DNA of 62,593 nucleotides, filler included, from Choristocarpus tenellus KU-1152 (lineage: Eukaryota > Protista > Phaeophyceae): assembly GCA_964200185.2 (NCBI GenBank). It is 12 parts of 12 records of this genome, joined end to end, with 100 filler letters (N's around TTAATTAATTAA, not from the genome) between each part and the next. Parts side by side here need not be neighbours in the genome. Positions count along the whole stretch, not along the records: positions 43,030 to 54,165 come from CAXNAD020002487.1; positions 54,266 to 57,063 come from CAXNAD020024666.1; positions 57,164 to 59,742 come from CAXNAD020026594.1; positions 59,843 to 62,593 come from CAXNAD020025050.1; 8 more parts are not named here. The stretch is one strand, 5' to 3'. The notes under the pieces were generated by a model. The model saw nothing but the letters and a program-made list of their open reading frames with translations. It did no database searches and was not told the origin of the DNA. A program made the translations under genes and the position numbers. Numbering within the stretch: position 1 is the stretch's first letter; every line of letters starts with the position of its first letter. Below are positions 51,893-62,593 of the stretch, piece by piece.

Positions 51893-52914
51893 GTCCAAAC
51901 ACTGCTCACTAAGGAAGTGGACAGTGGGGGGGCGACAAAACGCTTCTTGCAAGGAAAGCTACAGATCTCATCACTCATTTTTTGTAAATCTCAAAATAGA
52001 GTTTTGTTGGACCTCCGATCCAAATATATCGTTTCAAACGGGAACTTATAGAAGTCCCCAATCCAATTAAATACATCCTCTATCCTCTACACTCTACTAA
52101 TACGATTATTTAGATGACAACGAGATAGGAATTCTGATAAATCGGAAGGAAAAGTGAAAAAGTCATATTAAGTCGTGATTTGTACTTATTTTCACAAAGA
52201 TACAATTATTGGGGTTGAGTAGAAAGACGGAAAAAAAATTATCACAACACTAGTTAGTGCTAGTGGCAAACTTAGCACCATCGTATCATATAGGAGATTA
52301 TTGGGGCGTAAGTAGACGGATGAGGGTAGTTCTTGGGGTTATTGGTACCATTGGTTGTAATGTAGTCAGCAAAGTGAGAATAGTAAAATTTTACCTATTA
52401 AATTCTTGCGAAGATATAAAAAGATATGTAACAGAATTTTAACACTTTTTTGGTGCATGTTATGGCACCTAAGTGTTGGTTATGCGTCTTTTGTTTTTGA
52501 CATGATGAGTGCTAAGACAATATATGTTGCGTACTTTTGTTTTGATTGGAATGTTGGGGGACAGAACATATGTGGTGCATGTTTTTGGATCGAGTAGTAT
52601 GTGATGTAGCTCATGGTTTACATGTCTTGAAGTCAAGTGCTACATGCATTAGGTACCGGTCGAGTATTATTTTGTCCAGGTTGTCAAATGTTGTATGCCT
52701 TATTTTAAGGCCCATTTGTGATGTGATCGTTTGTCAATTTGATTCTGGATGCCTTCCTTCCACCACGTGTGTTTGCAGTTGGGTTTTCACTCCAAGAGAG
52801 TCATGGAGACATTTGGCACCTATTTCTTTCTTGAATTGACTGCCATGCGACATCGTAGCCACAACTATTACTGACATCGTCACAAGGTAACGTGTGAGTG
52901 TGCGTCAAAGTATT

Positions 52915-53810
52915 CTAGAGGGGGGGGAGGAGGTTTAGCCCAGTATGCCCGTCCAAGGCTTGATAGGGTTTTGAAACATCCCATTCTGATAATGCCCATT
53001 TTGCCTGTGATTCCCCTTCGAATTCAGTCAAATATTCAAGAGTAGACCCTGTGGATAGACATTCTAGCATGAATTTGACTGTGGAATGGAGGATAGCCAT
53101 GCAACTACGTTTTGGGGGATTCCATAAGTGGGTTGGTGATACATCTGTTTGAGGAAAATACTTGTCTGGAATTACTATTGGCAAAAATGTCCGTAGATGG
53201 TATATGAGCGTGTGATACCGTTCGTAGTAAGAGGTGATCTATAGACTCATTAGGGCAATTGTTGCAGTGTATTACATGTGTTGAAATAGAATCATATGTC
53301 GTATAGTACAGTGCAATAAGTAGCTTCGCCCTCTGGGGTTTCCCGTCATAACTTTTGATGTAGACATATCGGATTAAAGAAATAAAAAGCATATTCGTGA
53401 TGCCCGTCACAATGCCCTCCAGAGTACGGGCTTCGTATTTATTTTTCGCCCGTTTTTTCTATTTTTGAAGAAAGAGCGCTCGTATTGGGGTTCGAACCCT
53501 GGATTGGAGGTCACCAAGAGTGGCAACAGATGCCCTACTACTTGATAAAAGTATAGGGTTTAGACAGGAAAAAAGCCTCCCCACCCTTTCTTGATTTATG
53601 TTCGCGCACCCACTCTTTGACCTCGCCAAGGATGTCCTTGTCGACGCCCAGAACGAAACGCCTCTCGTAGCAGCCTTGCTCTGACATCTTGATGTGGCCC
53701 TTAGTTTGGAAGTCTCTCTCCCATTTACTCACATCTTCCGACCTGACCATCGCATATCCTGCTGCCATCTCAAGCACCGTTTGATGGTCTTTACTGTCGT
53801 TCATACACAG
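52915..53810 (-). mobile_element. Decayed Tc1/IS630-related transposase, N-terminal region
   Basis: VSKWERDFQTKGHIKMSEQGCYERRFVLGVDKDILGEVKEWVREHKSRKGG (53740-53580) resembles the W..F...G...S..G.Y.R...D.....WVRE...KG segment that follows the HTH in such transposases. No catalytic residues seen. Confidence 0.35.
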
Positions 53811-54880
53811 GTACAGAATTCGCAGTCTGAGACGTCCATTGCTGTCACCTCTGTAAATGGCAAAGTATCTGATGACAGGATAGGTGTAAGTGGGTTGTTA
53901 GCCACAGACTTTAGGGCAATTCAGGTGACCCATCCACTGTGGTGAATGCAGGAAAGGCTCATCGCCAGAAGCTGGTGGACTACATGACGAACATACACTG
54001 GTTTATTATTTATCCTATATCCTTTTGTTTTAGTCATCCATTATCACTGACGTATGACCAAAGACTGGCTCATCATACCGCTACATACGCTACTACTGTT
54101 ACAGGCGCCCCTCAATGCTCACCTTCCAGGATGTACAACTCAAATCCAACGACCTTAAAACGACGNNNNNNNNNNNNNNNNNNNNNNNNNNNNNNNNNNN
54201 NNNNNNNNNTTAATTAATTAANNNNNNNNNNNNNNNNNNNNNNNNNNNNNNNNNNNNNNNNNNNNAATTTTTTTTTTTTTTTTTTTATGTTCTTTTTATA
54301 TGGTGTTTTTTTTTTTATTTTAAGAAACATCCCCCCCCCCCTGCGCAAGAATAAAAAAGAAATGAGATGAAACGTAATTCGGATGGAAGCAGAGAGGATC
54401 ATTGCAGAGATGATTGTAAGTAAGGAGTACGACTTTCGTAAAGTGCAACTGCGAGATACACTCTTGAGAGTTTCACCAGGAGAGCACTTGACGCTCACTA
54501 CATGTCTTGGACAACCGACACCTCACGAACGGCGGCCTTTCTCAATGGCTTCAGAAAACATGTCGTTCAAACAAGCTAACTGTGAGAGGAAGGACCCAAG
54601 TTAATAAATAATGATGGTGTTTGATTTATTTTATCAGATGGCGACGAACTGGCAGATGGAATAAAAAATATATTATTATTATTAAATAATAATAATAATA
54701 CAAATCAAAAATTAATGTGTTCGTGTTATAATGAAGAATAGCGGTTTAGAAGCGAAGCCAGAAAGTGATTTTTCGTTAGATTCTAATTCTTTCTAAGTGG
54801 TTATAAAAAAATAATTAAGGTATCATTCACCCGCATGTTCTTTGGAGCATTGTGTGTGTACCATCGACAAGGCGAGGTGA

Positions 54881-54938
54881 GGGATGAAGGATGAAGGATG
54901 AGGGATGAGGGATGAAGGATGAAGGATGAAGGATGAAG
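54881..54938 (+). repeat. 7-bp tandem repeat (GGATGAA/GGATGAG) ~x8
   Basis: Read directly from the sequence. Confidence 0.9.
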
Positions 54939-56102
54939 CAATGTACAGAGTGTTTTGGGGGGGAGAGCAGAAAAAGAGTTGGGAAGGGCGGTGGAGGGGG
55001 TGAAGGCGCAAAAAGACAAACTATTGGGCTTTTTTTTGCACCCTCTCCCATGGGTGATGGGTAGCCAAGAGGTGGTGTCTATTGGGAACAGATGGAAGCG
55101 GCGATTCAGTTTTTCACGGATGTGGTGGGTTTATGTAACAGTTATCGAGGGTGGTCTAACTGGAGGAAGGTGCTTTCACAAGGGCCCCAAAAAAGACGGA
55201 CAAGATCATTAAATAGTGCAGGGTGAAGATGGGTTGCAGTGGTGTAGTAGGGCATTTTAACTCTACAAGAGAGATAGGAACCTGATTGGTTGGCACATGG
55301 CATGACTGTGAAATGTAACAGCACTTCCTGGATAGGTAAGGCAGTGTTGGTGATGATCAGTTGATCTGGAGAGCAGCAACTAAGTTGAGCCAAACCAAAG
55401 CTGGCCATCTTAGCACCAGCACATTTCATGTCAGAAGTAGTCAGAACTGCATGGTACCACACGAAAAGGAGGCATTCCATCCCTACTGCACAGGTATGTG
55501 AAGTTGGCCATGGATTTAAAGTTGAGGGTAACAGGTAGCAAAGATATGCCTCAAATTGTTCTAAGCTATTGATATTGTGTCACTAATTACAAATGGGTAG
55601 TAAATGAGGTTCACAATGCTCAGATCGAGATGTGGGACTTGAAATCGAACATACTGAGTTACACTCAGCAGTTTTTTGGCAGTCCAATACTGGGCTCTTA
55701 ATGAACTGCGATACTGTTGGCATCACACCTTCACCCTCAACTCAACGACGCTGTCTACAAGTATCCACTTGGAGGGCTAAGCCTGAGCTATCCAACGACT
55801 ACTCCGAACAGAAGTGCGAATAATGAGGTGAACCAATGAGCATGTGTGTGTATGTGTACGGTAGGTGTTCGTTTGTATGTCCTGAAAAAGAATGAGAAAT
55901 CGCAACAAAAGAGCAGAGGAGTCCAAACAACATCGAACAATGCAATATATGTGGGATATGCATCCCAATTTTATTACTCTATAATGGGGAGTCATAGATC
56001 TCATAGAACAAGAACTGGAGGAACATACCTGGCATACTCGACGCCCCTATCAAGCAAACATTTTTCATGAACCCATCCCATTCCAAGCGACAAGATTCAC
56101 AC

Positions 56103-56819
56103 CTCTCCGTTCCAAAGGAGCACATTCCCATCCGGGTCCTCTGCTGGCTGAGGCTCAAGGTGGTCTCCCCTTAGATGTAAGACACTGGCGATAAGATGCA
56201 ATACAAAACCACCCTGTCCATACAAAGACACAGTATTGAACGCTGTGGACGTATTGCAATAACTGGATATGGTGGTAGGGGTAGAGCTATACAAAACCTA
56301 ACCTGATATCCCACCCACACGCAGGTTATCATGCTGTGAGTTGCTCTCTAAAAACACAAAGTTGTGGATGCCAGATGTGTTCGTGCAACTTGCACACAAA
56401 ATATAGAGTTAGATTGGTTTGGTGTACAGGAAAAGAATCCTCAGTAGATGAACATAGAATTACTCTAGGAAATTTTGAAAGGGAGATCACTGACACCCTC
56501 AAATACCTCTTCCAACAAAATTGGATTGAGTTCCCACACATCAGCATATATTAACGAACCAAAGCTGGCACATCATAGGTTTGTGGATCACAATTAGACA
56601 GTCACCTCATTCGCATTATAGGCGAGAACCCTCGATGACGAGACTGTATCAATGCAACACAATTAGGGCTACAAACCCAGACTACTTGTGCACCTCAACT
56701 TGGATACATGTTATCTTTGCATGGTCTGGCCCTCGCCTTCGAAGTGAACTTAGACTCCTTTCTAACAGGTCGCCTTCCAGATGACTCGAGGGGCTAAGAA
56801 TGAATCCTATACCACACAT
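56103..56819 (-). CDS. ASNSD1: Asparagine synthetase domain-containing protein 1-like, first two exons (class II glutamine amidotransferase domain)
   Basis: Exon 56819-56694 (MCGIGFIL...LRRRGPDH) and exon 56213-56103 ([28 protein letters not shown]). VLHLRG and LLWNGE are typical of the ASNSD1 family. Confidence 0.85.
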
Positions 56820-57163
56820 GATGACCCCTCGTTCGTCCAGTGTGCACTATCTTAATACTCCATACTTTTACACCGCTGCCATCATTTGAGATTTAATCAC
56901 GAACCATTTGAATTTGTTTTTAGAATCACGAATCATGATGAGAATGAGATGTTGAGGTTCAACTCTGTATGATAGGCAGCATGTAGTCCTCACATTTTGC
57001 TTTGCTCACGAATTCTGGATTATTATTATTATTTGCACATTCCTATTTTCTTATTCCATTATCNNNNNNNNNNNNNNNNNNNNNNNNNNNNNNNNNNNNN
57101 NNNNNNNTTAATTAATTAANNNNNNNNNNNNNNNNNNNNNNNNNNNNNNNNNNNNNNNNNNNN

Positions 57164-57406
57164 AGGGTAGGGCCGCGTCCATTTGGGGTCAAAATCCAAT
57201 GTCGCGATTTTGAGATAATTTTGGCTATCGTGTTTGTTAGTAAGTGTCAATATCCATGTTCTGGACACACCTCTTCATATTGTATTCATTTTACCTACTC
57301 GAAAGCATTTTGGGGTAGGTAAAAATGTCATAGAAAAACCCATGGGAAGCCAAGCCTCAAATGGACAAACAGGGCAAAACTCGTACCCTCTAAGATACTT
57401 TCACTC
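57164..57406 (+). mobile_element. MITE family 1, copy E (left end cut by contig start)
   Basis: Colinear with copies B and F. Ends CTCGTACCCTCTAAGATACTTTCACTC. Confidence 0.92.
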
Positions 57407-58369
57407 TCAGGGCCTCCTGCAACTGCCGACTACTAAGATATTGTACACCCAGTTTTTCGCTGAGTATAATTGGCACACAGTCACACTGCTCTCCTCCCCA
57501 ACCTTCCCTTTGAACCACCACCCTGGTTCTCCCTTCGCCCGCTGTGACCAGGCCTCCCCACAGACTTCGTCTCTGTACCACCTGGTGATGGACTCGCCGC
57601 TATCTTCCTACTTTCCCAAGGTGGCAGAGACTGCAGAGCAGTGCTCCGCAGTGGTTGAAGATCCAACCACGTTTGTGTGGAAATATTTTCCACGCATCTT
57701 CTGTCAGTGTCAGAGTCGCGATTTGATCATGCTGCTGTGCCACAGTACACGCACTTTTTCACCTAAACATCACTCTGAGTGTCACACGGTACTTGTTTTT
57801 CCGTCGCCTCTCGACAGAGAAGGTGCCGAGGATAGATCAAGGGGGCAGAGTGGGCTCGGCGGCTCACCTTGTTTCATTGTCGTGGTTCATGTCGCTGTGT
57901 GGGTCACCTGCGTGTGTGCTCACAGTCTCCAATTGGCGCAAAAAAAATGTCCGCAAATCTTGCTCCTTTTTTTTGGTATAACCACACGCGCGCAATAGAT
58001 GGGCAAGCGACATTACCCGCATCAGCGGGGAGTTCAGTCAACCACTTCATTTTTGTACCTTTTGACGTTATGACCATCAAAATTGAATCGGAGATGTTCC
58101 TCCGCGTTTTTCCATTATTTTATCGAGGCATAGCTCCCGTTCACCTAAGTTTGTGCATTCAGCGATACAAACCTTCTAAAGCTCTTCTCATAAGTTTTCA
58201 TTTGGTAATATAATGCATAATTCTTGAGTCAATACAAGAAAAAAAGCAAGAATGCTCCAGAGCCCTAAGGTACTGGTACCACTTCAGTAGTCTCATGGAT
58301 CGACGCCTTGTCTATGCCTAGAAAATTGTTTATGAGGCGATTGGTGGGACTCCTCATTACCAAGGCTTA

Positions 58370-59742
58370 GTGAGGGCGACCATGCAAACGTTGAACATGA
58401 AGGATGAGTACGAAAACCCGAAGTCCAATAGTTTTTCTACTTATCATACACCCCACTCAAGTCACCTCGTGAACAAATATCCATCCCACAAAGACTTGTG
58501 CCGATGCGTTTTTGGGATGTGCAAGGATAAGTTTGTCCTGGAGTGTCCAATTTTGGAAAAATGTTCACTATTTTAATAATGGTGTGGGCGTCATTGCTAT
58601 GGTAAACGGTCAAAATGTTGATGCAACCAGCATACCCACATACGATCAGATCTTTAGGAGATACATGTATGAGACTCTTCCAAGATCAAACTATTAATGT
58701 TATGTCTGTGGGGAGATTTTGTTACTGGTAGCCTTAAGGAATTTTCGGTGCCTAATCCTTCAGATAGAGCCTTTCGAGATACGATTGACGTGTGTAATAT
58801 CCCTACTAAAGAGAATATCACCTCGTTTGTAAGGATGGTAATTGAATACATTGATGGGTTTGTGTGCGAGTTGAGAGTTAACCACCAAGACAGGTCTGAC
58901 CTCGACCCAGTTGAACTTGCCCCAGTCGACTTGATTGCCCTGCTCACTGACCGACTTCGGTACTGCTCATTTAATGTGGGTGTTTTGCCGCCAATCCTTG
59001 CTGTTTTACGTGCGAGCTCTCAGCTGTACCAGAACTTTCCTATCCTAGTCCATGCTGCCATAGGTCAAGCATCAGTCATGTCGAGTTTAGACCGGGGATT
59101 GTTCGTCCATGTAGTAAAATCCAGTATATAAGTTGATAATTTGGATCATTTACACATGACTGACTTGAGATTCCCCGACATGGGGCTACTGCTGAATGTA
59201 GCGAAAGGCCTACCTATAGACCTAAAACAGACTAACCTAGAAATCCGGCAATTGAAAGCCAAACGCCATACCCCAGTCTCTAATAATTGTCACGAACACT
59301 TCAGTCAACCCTTCCCAATCCCCTTGATCCCCGCCCGATTTGTGAGTTTCAAGGGTGCAAGGCGAGATCAAGTCGGGGACATTCCACGGATATCTCTTGG
59401 GCCAACTCTAATGGCAGTAACTATCGTCCATCAAAAAAGATTCGGGAGCGTCCGGAGAGACGGGATCGGCAAGACTTAAACACCGATAGGTCACTAGATC
59501 GCTTGGTGTTAGCACTTACTGCTCACCTTACGACTACGGTGCTTCCGACCCCAGCGAGTTTAACCTCCGACCAAGACGATAACGAACCCGGCGAGAAACG
59601 CACGAGGACCGGTCGGAACTAGTGTTACCTTGCAGGGTCCGTTTCCCCGGAACCTGTGGGGTTAAAAAAGATCGCAGCGTATCTAGGGACGTGTTGTTTA
59701 GGGCAGACACGGATGTTGCAAAGCTAGCACCTAAGACACGAC
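58370..59742 (+). mobile_element. gag: Decayed Ty3/Gypsy-like LTR retrotransposon, gag and start of pol (copy 1)
   Basis: Broken ORFs 58697-59131, 59141-59479 and 59287-59622 align with the minus-strand copy in the next contig: LTDRLRYCSFNVG vs LSDCLAMCVFNLG; TDLRFPDM vs TELRFSDL; CEFQGCKARSSRGHSTD vs CEFPGCGARSRRGHSTE. Confidence 0.7.
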
Positions 59743-59842
59743 NNNNNNNNNNNNNNNNNNNNNNNNNNNNNNNNNNNNNNNNNNNNTTAATTAATTAANN
59801 NNNNNNNNNNNNNNNNNNNNNNNNNNNNNNNNNNNNNNNNNN

Positions 59843-59935
59843 GAGTTGAAATGTCAGCAAAAAAAGAGTTGTTTGACCGAAACGGATGCCCCCTCACAAA
59901 CCACACCCCCCCCCCCCCCCCAGATACTTTGACCC
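59843..59935 (-). mobile_element. Terminus of MITE-like family 2 (contig start)
   Basis: ...CCCCCCCAGATACTTTGACCC; shares its sub-terminal sequence with 29327-29368. Confidence 0.6.
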
Positions 59936-62330
59936 TCATGTGTGTAGCAAAGGTTTGAACAGTATTTTGACTGATGGTTGATGAATTAACAATGGGTATA
60001 TGAGAAATTTTATGAGTGGCTGGGATGCGAACTGTGTTCCCAGAAAATGCTATTTCTTCTCTATCCCAATCCAACTTCGCTCCAAAAGCAGCCATGATAC
60101 TGTTATCCAACAGTATTTTATCAACACCTAGGGATGGCAGAACAACTGCTTGAACAGGTAGAGTTTTATTTCCCAAGGTTAATTGAAATTAAATAAATTC
60201 ATGTACTTGAAGAGGTCTTCCCCCAGCTCCTCTTCAATGTAAGGCACCATCTGGTATAGAACTGATGTGAGCAGGACAAAGGGTGGGATGAGCTTGCACG
60301 TAACGATAATTAATGGCCGGAATGTCAGTTGCGGTATCAACTCTGATTTGCGAAACTGAATCATCATCAATTTTGCCAGGAATCGATACTCGACAAGATG
60401 AAACCTGCAAGGTACAAGTATGTTGAGAGTAATGTTGAATTGCAGATGTATGCCAACACATTGACTTGGTGCAACACACACACGATGCTACGAAGTCTTC
60501 TCCCACTGTTCCAACAAATTTGGAAGAATGCTTCACTGCTGAGGATGTTATTACATTAACAAAATGAGTCTGAGGCAGTGGATTGTAATTTGGCCATTTT
60601 GAGCGATTATCCTTTGTAGGTTTGTTCGCTGCAGTGTTGGACCCCAAAGAATTGTTAGAATGATATGATTGAGACAGTGTTTGTTCAAATGCACCATCAA
60701 GTGGCCGATTTGGCGAACAACTTGGTTGGTTGTCCACTTCTGGGTCGGATCCTAAAGAAGAATGTTAAAGATCTGGTGTAGGCAGGTGTTGCCCATGTCT
60801 TGCTTTATTTTGCCTATCTGAGTGACGAGTCAAAGTATCTTAGAGGGTAGAGTCGCGTCCATTTGGGGACTAAAATCCAATGTTGCGATTTTGATATAAT
60901 TTTGGCTATCGTGTTTGTTAGGAAGTGTCGATAATCATGTTTTGGTCACACCTTTTCATAACGTATACACTTTCCCTACTCCGAACCATTTTGGAGTTGG
61001 AAAATGTCATAAAAGAACCCATGGGAAGCCAAGCCCCAAATGGACAAACAGGGAAAAAATCGTACCCTCTAAGATACTTTCACTCTGACAATTTGTCGCA
61101 ACATTGCTCACTACTGGTAAGGAAACCAATGGATTTAAACCACCTCCTAAATGAGAAGCCCTATCAATAAACTCTGACTCTGACCCAACACAAGAAGAGG
61201 GAACTACTTCTGCTGGGAACCCCTAGACACGCTTGTTGATTTTCTCATCTCCCTTTGAAGTACCCTGACTGGTCTGATCTTGGGGAGTAGATTCTTCCAT
61301 CAAACCTTGTTTTGACAACGAAGCAGTAAGGACTGCAACAAATTATTGCATCCTTAGGTTGGGGGCCTTGGGGTTGGGGTTATCAAACGCGTGAGGACGA
61401 TAATCAGGTTTATAATTCTCGCCATTCGGGTTGAAAAAACAACGCTCTGTACTGTGACCCCTTCTAGACCTAGCACCACAGCCCGGAAATTCACAAAACA
61501 AGAGTTTTGAACGAGCGCGCACGCGCTTTTTCTCGGGTTTTCCTTGTTGGGGTGCTTGTTCACGGGCAGGAGTAATGTTACTTCGCTTCTTTGTACGCCA
61601 CATCTGCAACTCAGCTTGTTGTTCTTTAGTCAACTTCTGTAGTGGCTCTAAGTCAGAAAAACGCAGTTCAGTGACAGGTAAAGAAAGTAAACTATTCTGC
61701 GCCTAAAGTTAAAACTGTGACGTTGCGAAATGAGCGGCCACTAAACTCAAGACCCAACCTGGAAGCATCAGCTAAAGCAACTGCATCTACAAGTTCACCA
61801 AATGTTTTTAGCGGGTTCGGCAACGACCGAATGACTCGCACGATAGAGGGTTGGGCTCCGAGGTTGAATACACACATGGCTAGGCAATCGGATAACTTTG
61901 GTTGGCCTTCCTCATTGACAGGAATGAGTCTGACAAAATTATCTACAGTCTGCACCACTCTGTGGCCAAACGCTCGTGCTCTTTCCTACTCTGGCGTGTG
62001 TAGGTGGATGGTAGTGCGAAAATAGTCGTCCAAGGGAAACTGTGATGCAAATTGGCAGGTAAACTCTTCTACCAACTGGTTCCAGGATGCAAACGGGTGG
62101 TGGCAAAAAACTCCGGGCGTCGCTGTCGGCGTGAGTGCCACTGTGTAAGGCAGGGTCCAATCAGTCGTGGGGGGTGTTCAGAATCACCAGTGTGTCATGG
62201 TTGGGTGCTACCCAGCAAACCCAAAGCTCTCTCAGCCATCAAATCTTAGAAGAAGTTTTAAGAAAATCCCAGATCCACCAGATGGCGTCACATCTTGGTG
62301 ATCGTCAACTGGTAGGAAGTCTGAGAATTC
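59936..62330 (-). mobile_element. gag-pol: Decayed Ty3/Gypsy-like LTR retrotransposon, gag plus aspartic protease of pol (copy 2), interrupted by MITE F
   Basis: Capsid-like SWNQLVEEFTCQF, zinc knuckle CEFPGCGARSRRGHSTERC, protease IRVDTATDIPAIN (60345-60305) and LPVQAVVLPSLGVDKILLDNSIMAAFGAKLDW (60165-60065). The 5' boundary is approximate. Confidence 0.78.
60827..61085 (+). mobile_element. MITE family 1, full copy F with 4-bp TSD TGAC
   Basis: TGAC|GAGTCAAAGTATCTTAGAGGGTA ... TACCCTCTAAGATACTTTCACTC|TGAC. Removing the element and one TGAC restores the retroelement reading frame. Confidence 0.95.
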
Positions 62331-62593
62331 TCAAGAGTTCTCTGCGTTTGATGTTGTTGGGAACGTCATCAATGACAAAGAAATGTACGCGCAATGCACT
62401 TGTGTGTGCGCGTGGATGTGTACCTGGACTGAGATCAACTCCCAAAGATACCTGTCCGTTACATAAAAGACAAATGTGAAAAACATTAATCTATTTGATA
62501 CTTCACTCTATGTGAAAGTGTCAAAGGTGCCAAGTTCTCTGCTCAAGGGGGCAATCACAATCACCGGACTGAAACTCCTTCACCTCAGAGGGT

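Noticed and set aside
57234-57998. 254-aa ORF
   Set aside because: It begins inside MITE copy E and has no recognisable motif. The GSQA.NGQ.G.NSYPLRYFHS peptide recurring at 27255 and 60925 is simply translated MITE.

Overview
Eukaryotic nuclear DNA from an intron-rich stramenopile. A brown alga or close ochrophyte is inferred from the clathrin, FAAL and retroelement peptides and the TTAGGG repeats. The window is 12 contigs joined by artificial 100-nt N/TTAATTAATTAA spacers, so adjacency across spacers means nothing. Host genes I could splice by hand: an Asp/Asn beta-hydroxylase-family gene head-to-head with a NUMOD3-repeat protein, 15 internal clathrin heavy-chain exons, two AP-3 mu exons, the 5' nine exons of a fatty acyl-AMP ligase, the 5' end of an ASNSD1-like gene, and the 3' end of an unknown gene. 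The rest is mostly mobile DNA: a ~258-bp GAG...CTC MITE family (6 copies) plus related termini, a decayed Sola2-like transposase, other decayed transposase or cargo genes, a probable solo LTR, and two divergent copies of a Ty3/Gypsy-like element. Most notable: (1) both Gypsy copies end Gag at a UAG in the same aligned position, keep homologous sequence in frame 0 beyond it, and carry a stem-loop starting 5 nt after the UAG, suggesting Gag-Pol readthrough; their Gag also has an atypical CX4CX7HX4C knuckle. (2) Extreme phase-0 intron bias (16/16 clathrin junctions). (3) Telomeric TTAGGG units written into introns, a MITE terminus and a 29-bp minisatellite.
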